From an uncultured Bacillota bacterium (GTDB lineage Bacteria; Sysuimicrobiota; Sysuimicrobiia; Sysuimicrobiales; Segetimicrobiaceae): a stretch of DNA of 10,305 nt. The notes below the pieces were generated by a model. That model ran no database searches, had not been told where the DNA came from, and saw only the letters and a list, made by a program, of their open reading frames with translations. The translations under genes were made by a program, and so were the position numbers. The stretch spans positions 1 to 10,305 of the forward strand of contig CAWDRG010000012.1 of NCBI GenBank assembly GCA_963804645.1. The letters are read 5' to 3'. Within the stretch, counting starts at the first letter, position 1. Each line of letters starts with the position of its first letter. Positions 1 through 7,500 of the stretch are shown one piece after another.

Positions 1-2
1 CG

Positions 3-86
3 CGGATCGAGAGGGTCCCGCGCGACGCACTCCGAAACTACGCAGGCGCGCCACGATGCCACGCTCGTGCCGGACCCTCCGGGTAG
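3..86 (+). CDS. Possible 3' tail of an upstream gene entering the window (RIERVPRDALRNYAGAPRCHARAGPSG*)
   Basis: Frame 3 is open from the window edge to TAG at 84-86, with mostly G/C-ending codons in its first half and the same orientation as the cluster. No recognisable motif. Confidence 0.25.
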   Translation, partial: RIERVPRDALRNYAGAPRCHARAGPSG

Positions 87-142
87 GCTGCTCAGCGGGG
101 CGCCTTCGCGCGCAGTTCATCCGGCATCGCGTGGGGGCCGCC

Positions 143-862
143 GTGGGTGATGCGACGCTCGTCCTGCTGCACCCGGTCGGCCTCGACGCGGCATGCTGGC
201 AGTTCCTGGACCTGACATCGCCGGTGGTGCCGGAGTTCCCTGGGCACGGGGCCCGCCCCCGGCCCGAGGCGAGCTGGACGCTGGACGACGCCGCGGACGA
301 GGTCGCGGCGTCCGTGGAGGGACCGCTCGACGTCGTCGGGGTATCGATGGGCGGGATGGTGGCCCAGCACCTCGCGCTGCGGCACCCCGGCCGCGTGCGC
401 TCGTTGGTGCTGGCATGTACCTCGGCGCGCGCGCACAGGGCGGCTACGTTGGAACGAGCCGATGCGATCGCGCGCGGCGGGATCGAGAGCGTGCTGGACT
501 CGACGCTCGCCCGCTGGTTCACTCCCTCGACGCTCGCCGAGCCCCATCACGTGGGGGTGGCGTACGCGCGGCAGCGCCTACGGACGGACGATCCGGTGAC
601 GTTCGCGCAGACGTGGCGCGCGATGGCCGAGCACGACGTGGTCGAGCGCCTCGGGCGAATCGTCGTGCCGGTGACGGTGATCGCCGGTGCGCACGACACG
701 GCGTCGCCGGTCGAGCAGCGGCGTGCGGTGCAGCGGAGCCTGCCGAACAGCCGGATGGAGGTCCTCGACGGTCCGCACATGCTGCAGTTGGAGGTTCCGC
801 AGGTCTTTTCGGACGCGATCCGCCGCCATCTGCGGTGGGTCGTCCGCGGCGGGACGGGCTGA
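143..862 (+). CDS. Alpha/beta hydrolase, 3-oxoadipate enol-lactonase (PcaD/CatD)-like
   Basis: LVLLHPVGLD oxyanion segment, PGHG, GVSMGG nucleophile elbow, HPGRVRSLVL, PcaD-like cap TLARWFT, acid IAGAHD, and His in GPHML. Start is uncertain: GTG143 follows GGGGG at 133-137; GTG131 and ATG56 are also in frame. Confidence 0.85.
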   Translation: MGDATLVLLHPVGLDAACWQFLDLTSPVVPEFPGHGARPRPEASWTLDDAADEVAASVEGPLDVVGVSMGGMVAQHLALRHPGRVRSLVLACTSARAHRAATLERADAIARGGIESVLDSTLARWFTPSTLAEPHHVGVAYARQRLRTDDPVTFAQTWRAMAEHDVVERLGRIVVPVTVIAGAHDTASPVEQRRAVQRSLPNSRMEVLDGPHMLQLEVPQVFSDAIRRHLRWVVRGGTG

Positions 863-900
863 GAGGCTTCGAACACGATAGCGTAGGGTGTGGCCCGCAG

Positions 901-907
901 AGGAGGT
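901..907 (+). promoter_or_regulatory. Shine-Dalgarno site AGGAGGT
   Basis: Perfect AGGAGGT 5 nt upstream of GTG913. Confidence 0.85.
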
Positions 908-912
908 GTAGC

Positions 913-2292
913 GTGGAGGAGACGCGTCAGCTCGCACGGTTTGCGTCCCGGACACAGTATGAGGATCTGCCTCCGGATCTGGTGGCGCAGGCAAAGATCT
1001 ACATCCTCGATAACCTCGCCGCCGGGTTGGTGGGGAGCCGGCAGCCGTGGGCGCAGATTGTCATCGGGCTCGTCCGGGATCTCGGGGGCCGCGGGGAGGC
1101 CTCCGCGTTCTGCCAGGCGTGGCAGACGGACGTATCGCGCGCGGCGCTGCTCAACGGCACGATGATCGGGGCGTTCGAGATCGAACACATCGGACACAGC
1201 GCGCACGCGAGCGGGACCGCGTTCCCGCCGGCGCTCGCCGTGGCCGAGCGCGATCATCGGGACGGCCGGGCGCTCATCACCGCCACACTGGTCGGGTACG
1301 AAGTGGTGTGCCGGATCGGCGCGGCCCAGACCGGCGCGGTCGAGCGCGACCGCGGGTTTCACAATCCCGGCGCGAACGGCCCGTTCGGCGCGGCGGCCGC
1401 GGTCGGCAGCCTGCTCGGGCTCGACGAGACGCGGATGGCCTGGGCGCTCGGGATCGCCGGGTCGAGCGGCGGCGGGCTCACCGAGTTCGTCTGGGAAGGG
1501 GCCATGACCAAGCGCATCCACCTCGGGCGGGCAGCCCAGCTCGGGCTGGAGAGCGCCCTGCTGGCGGCGCGCGGGTTCACCGGCCCGACCACCGTCCTCG
1601 AGGGGCCGTACGGGTACTTTCACGCGTTCTCGCCGCGCCCCGCGGTCGAGAAGCTGCTCCCTGGGTTGGGGCACGAGTGGCTCTCTCGGCGGCTGACCGT
1701 CAAGGCGTACCCCAGCCACGCGACGACCCAGGCGATCGTGCACGCGGTCCGCGTGTACAAGGACACACACCCGGTTGACCTCTCGACGCTGACCCGCGTC
1801 TCCGTCACCTCGGGCGGACGGGTCGTGGAGCCGCGGCACTTTGATCGGGCGCCCACCTCCATTCTGGGTGCGCAGTACAGCGTGCCGTACGCGCTGGCCG
1901 TCGCGCTCGTCCGCGACATGTCCAATCCGTTGGTGTTCGGCGTGGACGTACTCGAGGACCCGGCGATCCGCGGCCTCGCGGCCAAGATCGAGGCGCACGA
2001 GGACAACGAGCGGTTCGGTGACGACCACCATGGGTACGTGTCGGAGATCACGCTTGAGTTCGGTGACAGATCCGTGCGCCTGCTGGCGGATGGATTCCCG
2101 GGGGCGCTCGCGCAGCCGCTCGACTTCGCCGGGATCACCGAGAAGTTTACGCGGTTCGCGACGCCGGTGATCGGACGCGCCCCGGCCGCGGCGATCGTCG
2201 AGCGGGTCGCCGATCTGGAGCGCCTGGGCGACGCGGCCGACCTGGCGGCGCTGCTGCGGGCGCCGCATGTTCCTGATCGGACACAGGGGTGA
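913..2292 (+). CDS. MmgE/PrpD family protein #1 (2-methylcitrate dehydratase / aconitate decarboxylase / iminodisuccinate epimerase superfamily), 459 aa
   Basis: LARFASRTQYEDLPPDLVAQAKIYILDNL N-terminus, AALLNGT, GYEV, RGFHNPG, TKRIHLGRAA, AARGFTGP..LEGPYG, VKAYPSH, AQYSVPY, and C-terminal EKF. Strong RBS before GTG913. The part of ORF 193..2292 upstream of 913 is shadow. Confidence 0.92.
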   Translation: MEETRQLARFASRTQYEDLPPDLVAQAKIYILDNLAAGLVGSRQPWAQIVIGLVRDLGGRGEASAFCQAWQTDVSRAALLNGTMIGAFEIEHIGHSAHASGTAFPPALAVAERDHRDGRALITATLVGYEVVCRIGAAQTGAVERDRGFHNPGANGPFGAAAAVGSLLGLDETRMAWALGIAGSSGGGLTEFVWEGAMTKRIHLGRAAQLGLESALLAARGFTGPTTVLEGPYGYFHAFSPRPAVEKLLPGLGHEWLSRRLTVKAYPSHATTQAIVHAVRVYKDTHPVDLSTLTRVSVTSGGRVVEPRHFDRAPTSILGAQYSVPYALAVALVRDMSNPLVFGVDVLEDPAIRGLAAKIEAHEDNERFGDDHHGYVSEITLEFGDRSVRLLADGFPGALAQPLDFAGITEKFTRFATPVIGRAPAAAIVERVADLERLGDAADLAALLRAPHVPDRTQG

Positions 2293-2298
2293 CCGGGG

Positions 2299-2439
2299 AT
2301 GACGGGACAGGCCTACACAGCACGGTCGGAGGGCCCGGGCGCTCGGCCCACATGGGTAATCGCCTCGCGGCCGGCGAAGCGGAGGACGCGGCAGGATCGG
2401 GCACGCGATGCCAGAAACGTGGGGGACCCGAACGGATGA
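2299..2439 (+). pseudogene. 46-codon remnant ORF whose start (MTGQAYT) matches the N-terminus of MmgE/PrpD #2 (MTGQTYT)
   Basis: 2296-2320 is 22/25 identical to 8890-8914, and both are preceded by GGGGTGA (2286-2292 and 8881-8887). The frame runs to TGA2437-2439, overlapping the thiolase ATG (ATGA). Confidence 0.55.
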
Positions 2440-3587
2440 ATCCGGCATCGGTGGATCTTCGCGATAAAACGGCGATCGTGGGCATCGGAGCGACGAAGTT
2501 CGACGCGATGTACCGGGATCTCGATCCGGAACGGTCCCCGTACGAGCTCGCCGCGGAGGCGTTCCGGAAGGCGCTCGAGGACTCGGGGTTGGAGAAGCGG
2601 GAGATCGATGGGCTGATCTGCGTGCGCGTCCCCTCGTACCAGCGCATGGCCGACGTGCTGGGCCTGCCGCGGCTCCGTCTCGTCAACGTGCTCGAAGGCG
2701 CCGGCCGGATGGCCGGGGCGGCCCTGCAGTACGCGGTGATGGCGGTCGCGACGGGCCAGGCCCAGACCGTCGCAGTCGTGTACGGGAACAACGGGCGCTC
2801 TGCGGGCGCGCGCTACGGCGGCGCCGTCGATCCGAACGCGACGACCGCATACGACGCGATGTACGGAATGACGTCGCCGGGCGCGTACGTGGCGATGATG
2901 TTCCGGCGCCACCAGTACGAATACGGTACGACCGAGGACGCGCTGGCGGCGCTCGCGATCAACAACCGCAAGAACGGCGCCTTGAACCCCGATGCGGTCT
3001 TTCAGAAGCCGATCACGCGCGACGAGTACTTCGCGGGGCGCTACGTGGCGGAGCCGCTCAGGCTCTACGACTACTGCCTGATCAACGACGGCGGGGTGGC
3101 CTTCATCGTGACCTCCGCCGACCGCGCCAAGGGGCTGCGGCACCCGCCGGCGTACATCGCGGCGACATACGCGGCGACCGAGCTGACCAACTTCTACACG
3201 GTGCGGGACTGCTTCTACGGCGCGTGCCAGGACATCGCGCAGCGACTCTACCCGGCGGCCGGCGTCGGGCCCCGCGACATCGACTGCGCGCAGATCTACG
3301 ACAATTTCACGCCGACGATACTGTTCAGCCTGGAGGGGTTCGGGTTCTGCCCGCGCGGGGAAAGCGGCGCGTGGGTGCAGGGCGGCCGGATTGAGCGGGG
3401 CGGGGAGCTACCGATCAACACCGGCGGCGGCCACACGTCCGAGAGCTACATGCAGGGGTTCGCGCTGACGATCGAGGCCGTGCGGCAGATCCGGGGCGAG
3501 GCAGGCCCCCGTCAGGTGGCGAACTGCGAGGTCGTCCAGTACATCTGCGTCGCGCCGATCTGCAACTCGCACATCCTGCACCGGTAG
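2436..3587 (+). CDS. Thiolase-superfamily protein, SCP-x/lipid-transfer-protein (Ltp2 aldolase-like) type, 383 aa
   Basis: KTAIVGIGAT, LEDSGL..EIDG, NPDAVF..PIT, EPLRLYDYCLINDGG, AQIYDNFT, LEGFGFC.RGE, LPINTGGG, EAVRQIRGEAG.RQV. ATG2436 follows GGGGGA at 2421-2426. Adjacent to a DUF35 gene. Confidence 0.9.
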   Translation: MNPASVDLRDKTAIVGIGATKFDAMYRDLDPERSPYELAAEAFRKALEDSGLEKREIDGLICVRVPSYQRMADVLGLPRLRLVNVLEGAGRMAGAALQYAVMAVATGQAQTVAVVYGNNGRSAGARYGGAVDPNATTAYDAMYGMTSPGAYVAMMFRRHQYEYGTTEDALAALAINNRKNGALNPDAVFQKPITRDEYFAGRYVAEPLRLYDYCLINDGGVAFIVTSADRAKGLRHPPAYIAATYAATELTNFYTVRDCFYGACQDIAQRLYPAAGVGPRDIDCAQIYDNFTPTILFSLEGFGFCPRGESGAWVQGGRIERGGELPINTGGGHTSESYMQGFALTIEAVRQIRGEAGPRQVANCEVVQYICVAPICNSHILHR

Positions 3588-3605
3588 CGGCCAAAGGAGC
3601 GGAGC

Positions 3606-4019
3606 ATGGACACGCCGGCCTACTCGAAACCACTACCCGTGTTGACGAAGCTGAACGCGCCGTTCTGGGAAGGGACGAAGCGCGGCGAGCTCCGGCTCCA
3701 GCGCTGCCTGGCGTGCGGGCACGTCTGGTTTCCCCCGTCCACGCACTGCGCGCGGTGTCTCGCCACGACCTACGAGTGGATAACGGTCTCGGGCCGGGGC
3801 AAGGTCTGGTCGTGGATCGTGATGCACCAGCGGTATTTCAAGGCGTTTGATGCCGACCTGCCGTACATCGTCGCGATGATCGAGCTCGCGGAAGGCCCGA
3901 TGCTGATGAGCACGCTCGTCGGCATTTCGAAGGCGGAGATTCACTGCGATCTTCCAGTCAGGGTCGTCTTCGAAGACGCGACGGACGATATGGCCGTGCC
4001 GAAATTCACCTCGGGATAG
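3606..4019 (+). CDS. DUF35 Zn-ribbon + OB-fold protein (ChsH2 C-terminal / BbsA-like thiolase partner), 137 aa
   Basis: PFWEG..GELRLQRCLACG..FPP..HCARC (two CxxC), SGRGKVWSW, PYIVAMIELAEGP. AAGGAG RBS upstream. Confidence 0.93.
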   Translation: MDTPAYSKPLPVLTKLNAPFWEGTKRGELRLQRCLACGHVWFPPSTHCARCLATTYEWITVSGRGKVWSWIVMHQRYFKAFDADLPYIVAMIELAEGPMLMSTLVGISKAEIHCDLPVRVVFEDATDDMAVPKFTSG

Positions 4020-4030
4020 GGCGCGCTCCG

Positions 4031-5251
4031 ATGACGGCGCTGCTTCCACTTGACGATCTTGTCGTGCTCGAGACGGGTGAGGGGATCGCGTCGGCCTATG
4101 CCGGAAAGCTGCTGGCCGAGGTCGGGGCGACCGTGATCCGGGTGGAGCCGCCGGGCGGCGGTCCGTTCTTCCAGTCGGCTCCGCTGGTGGGCCGCGACGG
4201 CGGGACGCGGGTGGGCGCGCCGTACCTGCACCTGAACCGCGGCAAGCAGAGTGTGGGGCTCGATCTCCACGGCGCCGGAGGGCCGGAGGCCTTCGGCCGG
4301 TTGGCCGCCACCGCGGATGTGCTGCTCGACGGGCTCGGGGTGCGCCCGCTCGCCGAGCTCGGGCAGTCCCACGAGGCGCTGTGCCGGCGGCATCCCGGGC
4401 TCATCGTGGCCGCGATCACGCCGTTCGGCCTGACCGGCCCGTACCGCGATCTCGCAGTCTCCGACTTCGTGCTCCTGGCGCTCGGCGGCCTGCTGAATAT
4501 GATCGGGTACCCGACCCGCGAGCCGCTGCAGCTTGGGGGCGCCCAAGTCCAGTACGCGGGCGGGATCAGCGCGTTTACGGCCCTGATGGCGGCGATTCTG
4601 TATCGGGATCGCTACCGGGATCGCTCGGCGCACGGGCAGCTCATCGACGTGTCGCTGCTCGAGTCCGTCGCCTACATAGAATGGAAGAGCGGGGCGTACT
4701 TCGACACGGACGGCCGGGTGCGGCGCCGCGGGTCGGACTCCGAGTGGGTGGTGCTGCCCGCCCGCGACGGCCACATCGGGCTCGTGTATCAGGCTGAGGA
4801 CTGGGCGGCCCTGAAGGCCTTCCTGCAGCTCGACGGCCTGGAAGACGAGCGATTTGCGACGCGGCGCAGCCGGACCGCGCACGCGCGCGAGCTGCAGGCG
4901 ATCGTGGCGCCGTGGTTTGCGGCGCGGACGAAATCCGAGATCTACCACGAAGGGCAGGCGCGCGGCGTCCCGCTCGGATACGTTGCGACGATCAGCGACC
5001 TGCTCGCCTCGGAGCAGTACGCCGCGCACGGGTTCTGGCAGACCCTGGACTATCCCGGGATCGGGCCGGCCGCGTACACGGGTCTGCCGTATCGGGCGGC
5101 CTGGGCGCCGGTGCCGCGGCGCGCGCCGGTGCCAGGGGAGCACACGCGGGAAATTCTCGAAGAACGCGCGGGCTACTCGGCCGACGAGCTCGACCGCCTG
5201 CAGCGTGCCGGGACGATCGCGCCGGCGGACGCGGGAGCGGCCGGCGAATGA
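4031..5251 (+). CDS. Family III (CaiB/BaiF) CoA-transferase subunit, probably non-catalytic, 406 aa
   Basis: AYAGKLLAEVGATVIRVEPPGG, LNRGKQSVGLDL, ITPFGLTGPY, GQLIDVSLLE, DERFAT, APVPGEHT. The catalytic Asp position reads Gln (GGAQVQYAGG). Confidence 0.9.
   Translation: MTALLPLDDLVVLETGEGIASAYAGKLLAEVGATVIRVEPPGGGPFFQSAPLVGRDGGTRVGAPYLHLNRGKQSVGLDLHGAGGPEAFGRLAATADVLLDGLGVRPLAELGQSHEALCRRHPGLIVAAITPFGLTGPYRDLAVSDFVLLALGGLLNMIGYPTREPLQLGGAQVQYAGGISAFTALMAAILYRDRYRDRSAHGQLIDVSLLESVAYIEWKSGAYFDTDGRVRRRGSDSEWVVLPARDGHIGLVYQAEDWAALKAFLQLDGLEDERFATRRSRTAHARELQAIVAPWFAARTKSEIYHEGQARGVPLGYVATISDLLASEQYAAHGFWQTLDYPGIGPAAYTGLPYRAAWAPVPRRAPVPGEHTREILEERAGYSADELDRLQRAGTIAPADAGAAGE
4601..4624 (+). repeat. 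12-nt in-frame tandem duplication (YRDR x2)
   Basis: tatcgggatcgc / taccgggatcgc, 11/12 identical. The paralogous CoA-transferase has a single YRDR at this position. Confidence 0.6.
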
Positions 5252-6087
5252 CCGCGCCGGGCTACGGACAGCTCGTGCTCTTCGAGCGGCACGACGGGGT
5301 CGGCCGCATCACCTTGAACCGGCCCGAGAAGCGCAACGCGCTGAGCCGGGCGCTGCAGGAAGAGCTACGGGCGGCGCTCGATGCGGCGCGCGCCGACTGC
5401 CGGGTGCTGGTGCTGACGGGCGCCGGGCCCGCGTTCTGCGCGGGGGTGGATCTCTCCGAACGGCGCGAGACGTCCGGGCACGACGCGGGTCGCCGCGAGG
5501 CGCAAGCTGCGTCCGGGACGCGGCGCGAGCCGATGCGCGCGATGTGGGTGGAGACGAACGAGGTGATTCGGAGGCACCCGGCGATCATGATCGCCGCGGT
5601 GAACGGGTTCGCGCTTGGGGGCGGGCTGACGCTGGTGCACAACTGCGAGCTGGCGGTCGCGTCCGAACGGGCGGAGTTCGGCATGCCGGAGGTCGGGTTC
5701 GGGATCTTTCCCGCGGTGTCGGGGCCGGCGACGATCCGGCGGCTGCGGCCGAAGCACGCCGCGCACATGATTCTGACGGCGCGGCGGGTCGACGCTCCGA
5801 CGGCGGAGCGATGGGGCTTGGTCAATGCGGTCGTGCCCCACGAGCGGCTGCTGGAGGAGGCGGAGGGGCTGGCGCGGCACATCGCGCAGTTCGATCCGGT
5901 GGTGCTGGACTACAGCAAGAAGGCGATGCGGGATCTCGCCCTGATGCCGTGGAGCGAGGGCATCGGGTACGGCAGGTACGTCAACAGCGCGATCCGGGAG
6001 CACTCGCAGGCGTCGCGGGAGGGTGTCGACCGCTTCCTGCGCGGGCAGCGGAATCCTGGCCAGGGCACCGACGCCGGGGGCCGATGA
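5248..6087 (+). CDS. Enoyl-CoA hydratase/isomerase (crotonase) family protein, 279 aa
   Basis: ITLNRPEKRNAL, LTGAGPAFCAGVDL, IAAVNGFALGGG, FGMPEVGFG, AERWGLVNAVV, EGVDRFL. ATG5248 overlaps the upstream stop (ATGA). Confidence 0.93.
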   Translation: MTAPGYGQLVLFERHDGVGRITLNRPEKRNALSRALQEELRAALDAARADCRVLVLTGAGPAFCAGVDLSERRETSGHDAGRREAQAASGTRREPMRAMWVETNEVIRRHPAIMIAAVNGFALGGGLTLVHNCELAVASERAEFGMPEVGFGIFPAVSGPATIRRLRPKHAAHMILTARRVDAPTAERWGLVNAVVPHERLLEEAEGLARHIAQFDPVVLDYSKKAMRDLALMPWSEGIGYGRYVNSAIREHSQASREGVDRFLRGQRNPGQGTDAGGR

Positions 6088-7427
6088 TGGAGGGATCGAT
6101 GGGGCGCGACAGGGAGCGCGGCGCGGCTGGGCCGTTCGGCGGGGACGCGCTGCGGGGACTGCGGATCGCCGACCTGACGATCATCACGGCCGGCCCGAAC
6201 GCCACGCAGATGCTCGCGGATCTCGGAGCCGAAGTCGTGAAAGTGGAGTCCGGCCAGCACCCGGATCCATTTCGGTTCTGGCACGCCCCGTTGGGGAGCG
6301 CCGCCGAGGCGGCCCCGGATCCGTGGAACTGGTCCTGTATGTTCAACATGCTCAACCGGAACAAGCTCGGCGTGGTGCTCGACCTGAAGCACCCGCTCGG
6401 CAAGGAGGCGTTTCTCCGGCTCGTCAAGGTGAGTGACGCCGTCACGGAAAACTTCCGGCAGGGCGTGATGGAACGGCTCGGCCTCGGCTTCGACGACCTC
6501 CGCCGGGTCAACCCGCGGATCATCCTATTGTCGGTCGGAAGCCAGGGCAGTACCGGTCCCGAGCGCGGGTACCGGTCGTACGGGTCGACGCTCGACGCGC
6601 TGTCGGGGCTGATGAGTCTGACCGGGTACGAAGATTCTCCCCCGGTATGGTCCGGGCAGGGCATGAACTATCCCGACCAGGTCGCATCGATGTTCAGCGC
6701 CGGCCTGTTGCTGGCCGCGGTGCGCTATCGCGACCGCACCGGGCAGGGATGCTTCCTCGACCTGTCGCAGCGCGAGCTCGTAACGACGATGATCGGCGAG
6801 TACGTCCTGGAAACCACCATCGGCGGCACAACGCCGCGGCCGCGCGGCAACCGCCGTCCCAGGATGGTGCCGCAGGGATGCTTCCCGTGCGCAGGCGAGG
6901 ATGCGTGGGTGGCGATCAGCGTGGAGACCGACGCGCAGTGGCGGGCTCTGTGCGAGGCGATCGGACGCCCGGAGCTCGGCGCCGACGATCGCTACCGGAC
7001 GGCGGCCGCCCGCGCGCGCCACACCGAAGAGATGGAACAGGCAATCGCGGCGTGGACGCGGTCGCGGTCCAAGCACGAGGCGATGCAGCGCCTTCAGGCG
7101 GTGGGGGTGCCCGCCGGCGCCGTGCAGTCGGGCCGCGACATGCTCGAGGATCCGCAGTTGGTGAGCCGCGGCTACTATGTGACCGCGCACAACGTGTCGG
7201 CGGGCCCGCAGCGGCTCCGGGTGGCGCCCTACCGGATGACGGCGACCCCTCCGGTGATCACCCGCGCGGCGCCGACGTTGGGACAGGACACCACTACCGT
7301 GCTGCGCGATCTGCTGGGGTATTTGCCCGACGAGATCGCGGACATGGAGCGGTTGGGCGTGACCGCCGTGGGGGCGAGTCCGGGGAGGCGCTCCCGGCCT
7401 GCGCGTCCCGCACCGGCGTCGAGCTAA
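6084..7427 (+). CDS. Family III (CaiB/BaiF) CoA-transferase, catalytic-type subunit
   Basis: LRGLRIADLT..AGP.AT.MLADLGAEVVKVE, DPFR, NRNKLGVVLDLK, SDAVTENFRQGVMERLGLG, NYPDQVA (Asp retained), APTLGQDT. Start is ATG6084 (ATGA overlap) or ATG6099 (GGAGG at 6089-6093). Confidence 0.92.
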   Translation: MMEGSMGRDRERGAAGPFGGDALRGLRIADLTIITAGPNATQMLADLGAEVVKVESGQHPDPFRFWHAPLGSAAEAAPDPWNWSCMFNMLNRNKLGVVLDLKHPLGKEAFLRLVKVSDAVTENFRQGVMERLGLGFDDLRRVNPRIILLSVGSQGSTGPERGYRSYGSTLDALSGLMSLTGYEDSPPVWSGQGMNYPDQVASMFSAGLLLAAVRYRDRTGQGCFLDLSQRELVTTMIGEYVLETTIGGTTPRPRGNRRPRMVPQGCFPCAGEDAWVAISVETDAQWRALCEAIGRPELGADDRYRTAAARARHTEEMEQAIAAWTRSRSKHEAMQRLQAVGVPAGAVQSGRDMLEDPQLVSRGYYVTAHNVSAGPQRLRVAPYRMTATPPVITRAAPTLGQDTTTVLRDLLGYLPDEIADMERLGVTAVGASPGRRSRPARPAPASS

Positions 7428-7500
7428 CCGTCCCACGGCGATCCGCACCGCGCCCGCGTGCCTGGGCGGGAACACCGGCGCCGGTCGAGGAGGAGCCGCG

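Noticed and set aside
193..912. N-terminal extension of the 699-aa ORF, suggesting a fusion to MmgE/PrpD
   Set aside because: It is Arg/Ala/Gly-rich shadow translation over the hydrolase gene. A strong RBS and the family N-terminus begin at GTG913.
2289..2435. 49-aa N-terminal extension of the thiolase from GTG2289
   Set aside because: It has no thiolase similarity. ATG2436 has an RBS and gives the normal family length.
547..2448. Long minus-strand ORFs (633 aa here; also 3941-5143, 6525-7529, 7294-8304, 8638-9771)
   Set aside because: They are antisense mirrors of high-GC genes, with no motifs and Arg/Pro-rich composition.
4854..6083. N-terminal ~410 aa of the 857-aa ORF, suggesting a fused double-length CoA-transferase
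   Set aside because: It is an off-frame shadow over the first CoA-transferase and the crotonase. Homology starts only after 6084.
7474..7485. Perfect 12-bp palindrome ACCGGCGCCGGT before the second hydrolase RBS
   Set aside because: It is almost all G/C, has no U-tract and is plausible by chance at this GC content.
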